DNA from: Picochlorum sp. SENEW3
Lineage: Eukaryota
DNA: 64,000 bases
Assembly (NCBI GenBank): GCA_034226945.1
Contig: CP120460.1
Span: forward strand, 372,001 to 436,000
Reading direction: 5' to 3'
Shown piece by piece: positions 57,276 to 64,000 of the stretch. The translations under genes were made by a program, and so were the position numbers. Under the pieces are notes generated by a model. That model saw only the letters and a list, made by a program, of their open reading frames with translations. It searched no databases and was not told the origin of the DNA. Each line of letters opens with the position of its first letter. Within the stretch, counting starts at the first letter, position 1.

Positions 57276-58445
57276 ATGCGGATGCCCTTGTGTTGCACCA
57301 GAGCAACACATGTCACCTGTACTGGTACAAACATGCTGCCTATCAGTCGTAGTAGTATTCAGTCTGTTGTATTCAGAAGGGCATTCGCTGGTTCTCGAGG
57401 GATCAGCAGCACGTGCCGTGCTGCTTCAGGACTGAATCAGGATGAAATTTTCGTATTAGAAAATGGTGTTGTTGATTATTACGCTGTACTAGGAGTGGAT
57501 GATGATGCTACAGAAGTAGAGATCAAGTCTGCGTATAGGACAATTGCAAAAGTCTGTCATCCTGATATTAGTGGGGATGAAGAGGGCCATAATATGTGTA
57601 TCTTGTTGAATGAGGCCTATACAGTGCTTTCGGACCCAGAACAGCGAAGTGAATACAACAGAGTGTTGGATGAGGCTCTGGGAGATGAAACTGATGGGTA
57701 CACAGGGCAGACACTGTCTAAATGGATGGCGAATACTCGGATGGGGAAGAATGAAGATCCAAATGAGAGTCGAGGTGTGTTTGTGGATGAGTGTACATGT
57801 ATTGGGTGCAAACAGTGCGTGTGGTGTGCCCCAGCTACATTTCGGATGGAGGATGACTATGGACGGTCACGGGTGTTTGGGCAATGGTTGGATACGGAGG
57901 ATGATATCCAAGCTGCTATGGATGCGTGCCCAGTGAGCTGTATTCATTGGGTGGAAAAGGAAGACTTGCCTGCGTTGGAGTATGTCACTCAGAATGTTGT
58001 GGAACGGGTTGATGTTGGTGTGATGATGGCCGGACAGGGTGGGGGCGCGAAGGATGTTTGGGCGGCCACGGCAAAATTTTTAAAGGATAGAGAGGAGAAG
58101 CGTAAAGCCAAGGAGCGTGCTGCTCGGTACAGTAGAGCACAGGCTGCTGCCAGAGCTGCTGCTGCTGAAGCATTGGCACAAAAGCAGTATGGATGGTTCG
58201 ATGACTTGGCAAAGAAATTTGGCATTGAGGATGCGGCAACTCGCCTCAAGCAATCGATGGAGTCGAGTGTGATGGGATCGATGAGTGATGAGGAGTATGA
58301 CAGCTACAGAAGGGTGGGGAAGAGGAAAAGGACTAGGAGACGTGATGGTGACATGTATGGATCTCGAGGCGACAATGGAGGTCGTGTTCCGTCAGATAGG
58401 GCCATTGTTCCAGCTGCCGTTGGAAAGAGAGTGTGGGAAAGATGA
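57276..58445 (+). CDS. Chloroplast DnaJ protein with ferredoxin Fe-S domain (CDJ3-5 / DJC76-like)
   Basis: DYYAVLGV...HPD J domain; VFVDECTCIGCKQC...CPVSCIHWV. Confidence 0.92.
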   Translation: MRMPLCCTRATHVTCTGTNMLPISRSSIQSVVFRRAFAGSRGISSTCRAASGLNQDEIFVLENGVVDYYAVLGVDDDATEVEIKSAYRTIAKVCHPDISGDEEGHNMCILLNEAYTVLSDPEQRSEYNRVLDEALGDETDGYTGQTLSKWMANTRMGKNEDPNESRGVFVDECTCIGCKQCVWCAPATFRMEDDYGRSRVFGQWLDTEDDIQAAMDACPVSCIHWVEKEDLPALEYVTQNVVERVDVGVMMAGQGGGAKDVWAATAKFLKDREEKRKAKERAARYSRAQAAARAAAAEALAQKQYGWFDDLAKKFGIEDAATRLKQSMESSVMGSMSDEEYDSYRRVGKRKRTRRRDGDMYGSRGDNGGRVPSDRAIVPAAVGKRVWER

Positions 58446-58609
58446 ATGAATGTGTTTTAAATTGCCACTCATGACGAGTGGGATAATGTACCATGAAGAG
58501 ATTTTCGTTTGATACGTGTGTCTCGTGTGTAATGCGCAATTGTATTTTTCTTCTTTTCCTTCTTCAGTATTTGTATTTATCTTTTCTAGTAGTTTGATAG
58601 CCCGCTGCC

Positions 58610-59507
58610 ATGCCGACATTCTCGACAGATGACAGACTATCCATCGGGACAGATGGACAACACCTGTCGCTTTTTTCTTCCATTAATTTCCGCAGTGTCG
58701 GATGGTGCCATATTGGCATGAATTTATTATCTAAATCGAATCATGCAGATTCGATAAAGGAGCCTCGGAGTGGCTTTGTGTTCCCAGGAGAACTGTGCTT
58801 GCGTCCACAGGACCGTCGTTGCCCAAGGATTACAGGCGTTGGGTACGTTGTGTGATGGGTATTGACGGAGCGATCTTGGCCCCTGATGATTGATGACAAT
58901 ATGCAGGACTCGACAGAAGAGACTGGCAGGGATAAAGAGCCTGGATATCTATGCTGTGGCCTTGTATGTTGATGAGTCTGGAGTCACCTCTTTGCTTGGA
59001 GACAGGGCTCTAAAGAGTGCTGACGAAGATTCGTTTGCACACGACGACGCCATGTTTGCAGGTGTGTTTGGATACTACTATATATGTATGTATGTTTGAT
59101 GAAGGCGAGTATGAATATTCTGTGCAGATTTGATGAAGCATTCATCCCTTGAAAAGGCGCTTCGTGTGGTGATTACATCTGCGCTTGTGAAGCGCAAAGC
59201 ATTCGTCAGTGCACTCGATGAGCAGTTAAAGCCTCCTTTGAGCGGTACGGCATCTGAAGAGACACTGGCCAATTTCGGGAGCATGTTTGACTCAGTATCG
59301 TTCCGAAAGGGGATGGATATTTCCTTCTTCTTTGAACGGGATGCTATGATTACCAAGGTGGATGGGCAAGAAATAGGGCGTTTGCGTGATGATAGGTTCT
59401 CAAAAGCCTTTTTAAATCTATATTTGGGGAGCTCTCCTGTCTCAGTGAAGGCGAAGGAAGATTTTGGGCGTGGTATATATTCCATGGTTACACAGAAGCA
59501 TCGCTAA
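58610..59507 (+). CDS. Chalcone-isomerase-fold fatty-acid-binding protein (FAP-like), multi-exon; 5' end uncertain
   Basis: KEPRSGFVFP, ITGVG/RQKRLAGIKSLDIYAVALYV, AFLNLYLGSSPVS. Confidence 0.8.
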
Positions 59508-60834
59508 TATTCTGAGAATTTATCATGGCCAGTAGCTTGGGCATGTTGAACTGCTTCTTTTTCTCCAACGAGGCCGAGCTGACACACGTTGCAGCGAAGT
59601 GTAAATCTTGATGTATCTGTAAACTGTCTCATATCATGATATCTGGATACGAGTGATGAGGCTCCGCCCATGAATTCTTCCAAGAGCGAACCTTTCACAG
59701 GAAACATGGTGATATCCTGTGCCTCTGGAGCCCCTTCGAATGCAGCGAGTGCCAGGGCATCATAGTGCAAGCCTGCATGTGATATTAGCATACGATATAT
59801 ATGGTACTGATTATTTTCTACATAAAATAGCATACGCACCGTCATATACAACACAAATACGCTTGGAGTACCCAAAATCTTCACCATACGTGTCAACTCG
59901 TTGTGTCTGAACATCAAATGCGGAAATCTCGACCGCCAATTGTTGTGAAAGTATTGTCAACTCTATAGATCCACCCCATTTGGAAGTATCTAATATCCAT
60001 GCCGCATATTCGGATGGATCAGACCCTAGAATGGCCTTGTTCCATTGTATAGGATCTGCAACAACTGCCTGGGCAACCAGTGACCTCATCTCACTGGCAC
60101 CCATCCTTCCTCTACCAACGCAATACGCAATAGCACTAAATAAACAACTATTATCATCTGGAACTATTCTCCTTACAACTGCTTTCTCTGAACCAGAGAG
60201 GAGTTCGAATGCAGGCTTTCCTTTTTCTATGAGCCCAGGAATGCTTGGCTGGCCTTGTTGTCCTGGCACCTCTTCTCCTAATGAAGCAGCAATCGCCCTC
60301 GCCAACATCTCGTCCTCATTCTGCATCAGAAAAAAGGAATCATAGTAGGTGAAGTAGAATTCTTGAATATCCATCATAGTGCCAGGAGGAGCATACCATG
60401 GTTGTGTCGACATGGCCAGCAGTTGGAGACTGGGTCTTGTCTTCAGAGACTGCAGGTGCTGCACTATCGGCCGCGGGCGTCGCCTGCACTATCAGAACAT
60501 CATTTGGAGTAATTCCTAAGCCATCTGTCGCCGGCATAGACCCGTCGTCGGGGATGTCAATACGCTTCACTGGGTATCCACCTCGCAGTTCCAGACAGTT
60601 GACTGGAACTGTGGTCGCTTCTGCAATCATATTCAATAAATCTGCCGTTGAGATATCCTCTGATATATCTGCACACAAAATGACCCCATTAGTTCAAAAA
60701 TATCCCTTGAATCTCATCATATTCATGAGAGAGAGAGAGTCTTCGTCAGGAATGTCACAGTTACAAATCAACCCTTATAAGACACTACCTGGCAATGTTG
60801 ACTGGCCATTAGGGCCCCGGATTCTCAGTTTCAT
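59504..60834 (-). CDS. OTU1: OTU1/YOD1-type deubiquitinase (UBL-UIM-OTU-C2H2); introns 60669-60788, 60321-60396, 59773-59839
   Basis: MKLRIRGP, GYP, UIM EDEMLARAIAASL, PDDNSCLF, WGGSIEL, YDGLHYDAL, LRCNVC...HAQATGH. Confidence 0.9.
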
Positions 60835-61046
60835 TGTTATTGTGATTTTATTTTCAGGCGAAGGGTTCGTATTCCTCACCAACTGTCGAATTCAGATGTG
60901 CACTGTGTTTTCCTTTTTACGAAACTTGAGCCACGGCGTGGCTCATGCACGAGATATCTACATCGCCAGAATGGTTTCTCCACGGATGCAATTAGTTAGT
61001 AGAAGATGTTATTTTGTGTTTCCCGGTGGATATGTACGTGTGAAAG

Positions 61047-62342
61047 TTGACTGGGTTGGCAAAATTTGGGGGTGGTATTCCCCTGTATTCAGTTCTGCTG
61101 ATAGCAGTCCTGGCCCCATGGCTTTTCATGTACGCCTTCTGGGACTGCAAACGATACGAATTTGAGATTGAAAAGAGCGAGATACGAACGCCCAATACAT
61201 CTGTTCCCGTGGACCATGGTAAGACTGCTGCTGCCTTTGGTGGGCGAGGCCACGTGTGCCATGATTTCCCGACAGAGTGGAAGCGAGACGCAGAGAGGAC
61301 CTTCCGGTATCTGAAAGAGCATCACACGCCATCAAAAGAGGCGCTGGAGGAGGCCATTGAGTCCCTGGATTTCGGTTATCACCTTCGAAAAGAGGGGTCA
61401 AAGCTCTACAAGAAGATACATTCTCTGCGTGATGGTGAAGATTTCAACAGAGTCCTGTGCCAGTTTGTGTACTTGATGTGTAGCGACTCGATAGAGGGAG
61501 ACATGGATTGGATATTCAACTTTGGCGATGGACCAGTATCAAAAGATTTCCCAAGTTTCTCATGGACAAAGAGTATTACAGACTTGGACATCTTGGTTCC
61601 ATATCACCATTCCTTCCGCAGCATGGACAGAGCAGGGTGCGACAGACCCTTGCCTGATTTTGAGACTTGGAAGCGTGAGAAGAAGAAAATCGCATTCTGG
61701 AGAGGAAGCACGACAGGCAGTGGATGGACAACATCCACTTGGGAGGAGTACCCAAGACCCAAGCTTGTCCTCTACTGCAAGGAGCACGAGGACATTTGCG
61801 ATGCTAAATTCGTTTCATATATCCAGGGAGCAGAAAATATCCCCGAGATGAGAGAACGACTAGGGATGGAGGCTGCCAGGGTGTCACAAGCTGATGTTGA
61901 AGAGCACAAGTTTGTGATTGTTGTGGATGGCAATGGCCCGCCAAGCACCCGAATTTTATCTCAGCTTCAAGGACACAGTCTTGTTCTGAAACAAGAGAGC
62001 CCGTTCTATGAATTCTTCTATCCGTCGCTGCAGCCATATGTGCATTATCTGCCCGTCCACGTGACAGATGTGGCTGCTGCCGTGAAGTGGGCCAGGAAGC
62101 ATCCAAAACAATCCTATCAAATGATTGTTGCTGCGAGAGAGTTTGTATGTAACACTGTGACGAGGGAATCGGTGAATGCGTACATGAAATATGTGTTTGA
62201 GGAGTATAGTTCAATGTATAACGACATTCATGCGTCGGTTGAGACTGCGGATATGGAGCGTGTGCTGTTTCCAGGTGGTATATGGCAAACTTGTCCCGAG
62301 GTGCCCTTTGAATGCCCAGGCTTTGACAATGAGCAAGATTGA
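61047..62342 (+). CDS. Glycosyltransferase family 90 (CAP10/POGLUT-like), copy 1; start codon uncertain
   Basis: N-terminal TM; FNFGD, AFWRGSTTG, HKFVIVVDG, SLVLKQES..YEFFY..LQPYVHYLPV. Confidence 0.85.
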   Translation: MTGLAKFGGGIPLYSVLLIAVLAPWLFMYAFWDCKRYEFEIEKSEIRTPNTSVPVDHGKTAAAFGGRGHVCHDFPTEWKRDAERTFRYLKEHHTPSKEALEEAIESLDFGYHLRKEGSKLYKKIHSLRDGEDFNRVLCQFVYLMCSDSIEGDMDWIFNFGDGPVSKDFPSFSWTKSITDLDILVPYHHSFRSMDRAGCDRPLPDFETWKREKKKIAFWRGSTTGSGWTTSTWEEYPRPKLVLYCKEHEDICDAKFVSYIQGAENIPEMRERLGMEAARVSQADVEEHKFVIVVDGNGPPSTRILSQLQGHSLVLKQESPFYEFFYPSLQPYVHYLPVHVTDVAAAVKWARKHPKQSYQMIVAAREFVCNTVTRESVNAYMKYVFEEYSSMYNDIHASVETADMERVLFPGGIWQTCPEVPFECPGFDNEQD

Positions 62343-62807
62343 TAGTGTTAGGTACAAGAAAATCATGTGGTGACTCCGCCAATCAAAGCAAGAAAAGTAG
62401 AAATCTCCCTCACTGTGTGGAGCAACGCAAGGGCATGTCATCATATATTACAAGTAAAAACATCAGTCGTGTGTGTTTGTACTGGTCAATGCTTTAAATC
62501 GATTTCTGCATGAACAAGCGCTGATATTTAATTGCTCTTTGCAATATCAAGGCATGCGTTCTCTTCTTGAAAGTTGATGGCATTTCCAAGCCCCCTTCAT
62601 CTTTCAAACCTCATGCACATGCATGCATCTGAGTTTACCCCGTTCAAAGGTGTGATCCATCCAACGGTGGTCTGCCGCCTACGGGATGCGATGGAAAAAA
62701 ATACTTTCTTACTACCTGCGCTACGACGCTGGAACTATGTAATTGACAGTAGAATACATCTATAGGTAAATATATGTAAATATGTCACTGAATAGTCAAT
62801 TTGATTC

Positions 62808-64000
62808 ATGAGGTGGGCAAAATTTGGGGGTGGTATTCCCCTGTATTCAGTTCTGCTGATAGCAGTCCTGGCCCCATGGCTTTTCATGTACGCCTTCTGG
62901 GACTGCAAACGATACGAATTTGAGATTGAAAAGAGCGAGATACGAACGCCCAATGCATCTGTTCCCGTGGACCATGGTAAGACTGCTGCTGCCTTTGGTG
63001 GGCGAGGCCACGTGTGCCATGATTTCCCGACAGAGTGGAAGCGAGACGCAGAGAGGACCTTCCGGTATCTGAAAGAGCATCACACGCCATCAAAAGAGGC
63101 GCTGGAGGAGGCCATTGAGTCCCTACGCTTTGGCTATCACCTCAGAAAAGAAGGTACAAAGCTCTACAAGACAAGACATTCTTTGCGGAGTGGGAACGAT
63201 ATGAACAATGCCTTGTGCCAATTTGTGTACGCAATGTGCAAGGAATCCATACAAGGAGATATGGATTGGGTGTACACCACTGGCGACAAATCGCTATCAA
63301 AAGATTTCCCAAGTTTCTCATGGACAAAGAGTGTTACAGACTTTGACATTTTGGTTCCATATCAGCACTCCTTCCGCAGCTTGGACAGAGCAGGGTGCGA
63401 CAGACCCTTGCCTGATTTTGAGACTTGGAAGCGTGAGAAGAAGAACATTGCGTTCTGGAGAGGAAGCACAACAGGCATCGGCAAATGGACAACATCCACT
63501 TGGGAGGAGTATCCAAGACCCAAGCTTGTTCTCTACTGCAAGGAGCACGAGGACATTTGCGATGCTAAATTCGTTTCATATATCCAGGGAGCAGAGAATA
63601 TCCCCGAGATGAGAGAACGACTAGGGATGGAGGCTGCCAGGGTGTCACAAGCTGATGTTGAAGAGCACAAGTTTGTGATTGTTGTGGATGGCAATGGCCC
63701 GCCAAGCTCCAGGATATTGTCTCAGCTTCAAGGACACAGTCTTGTTCTGAAACAAGAGAGCCCGTTCTATGAATTCTTCTACCCATCACTACAGCCATAT
63801 GTGCATTATCTGCCCGTCCATGTGACAGATGTGGCTGCCGCCGTGGAATGGGCCAGGAAACATCCAAAACAATCCTATCAAATGATTGTTGCTGCGAGAG
63901 AGTTTGTATGTAACACTGTGACGAGGGAATCGGTGAATGCGTACATGAAATATGTGTTTGAGGAGTATAGTTCAATGTATAACGGCATTCATGCGTCGGT
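62808..64000 (+). CDS. Glycosyltransferase family 90, tandem copy 2 (3' truncated by window edge)
   Basis: ATG AGG TGG GCA AAA; collinear with copy 1 at offset 1758, then 1761 after a 3-nt insertion, so the frame is kept. Confidence 0.85.
   Translation, partial: MRWAKFGGGIPLYSVLLIAVLAPWLFMYAFWDCKRYEFEIEKSEIRTPNASVPVDHGKTAAAFGGRGHVCHDFPTEWKRDAERTFRYLKEHHTPSKEALEEAIESLRFGYHLRKEGTKLYKTRHSLRSGNDMNNALCQFVYAMCKESIQGDMDWVYTTGDKSLSKDFPSFSWTKSVTDFDILVPYQHSFRSLDRAGCDRPLPDFETWKREKKNIAFWRGSTTGIGKWTTSTWEEYPRPKLVLYCKEHEDICDAKFVSYIQGAENIPEMRERLGMEAARVSQADVEEHKFVIVVDGNGPPSSRILSQLQGHSLVLKQESPFYEFFYPSLQPYVHYLPVHVTDVAAAVEWARKHPKQSYQMIVAAREFVCNTVTRESVNAYMKYVFEEYSSMYNGIHAS

Noticed and set aside
60398..61165. 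255-aa plus-strand ORF
   Set aside because: Antisense to OTU1 exons and introns and runs through its promoter; no motifs
1..64000. CRISPR arrays, rRNA, tRNA, prophage or prokaryotic operons
   Set aside because: None seen; the sequence is intron-containing eukaryotic nuclear DNA throughout

Overview
Gene-dense eukaryotic nuclear DNA from a compact chlorophyte green-alga genome: short GT-AG introns, TGTAA polyadenylation signals, plastid proteins (Psb27, ClpF, GWD, DnaJ-ferredoxin) and very short intergenic spacers. This fits a small trebouxiophyte such as Picochlorum (inference). About 30 genes were modelled by hand. Most are housekeeping (Nup107, QTRT2, ACX, POLE2, cyclin A, MCM6, RPL19, OTU1). 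The notable parts are: (1) an intron-containing multimodular NRPS (C-A-PCP-C-A..., running off the left edge) whose two A domains are >99% identical and GC-rich while its C domains are unrelated at DNA level; (2) a co-oriented pair of a NOX/ferric-reductase gene and a secreted, probably GPI-anchored protein with two bacterial EfeO/imelysin (M75) domains, a candidate cell-surface iron-uptake module; (3) a divergent PL14 lyase / secreted multidomain glycoside hydrolase pair; (4) a highly structured RPL19 intron and a two-hairpin intergenic element; (5) tandem GT90 genes with a sharply localised divergent patch. All calls come from motif recognition by eye; no searches were run.
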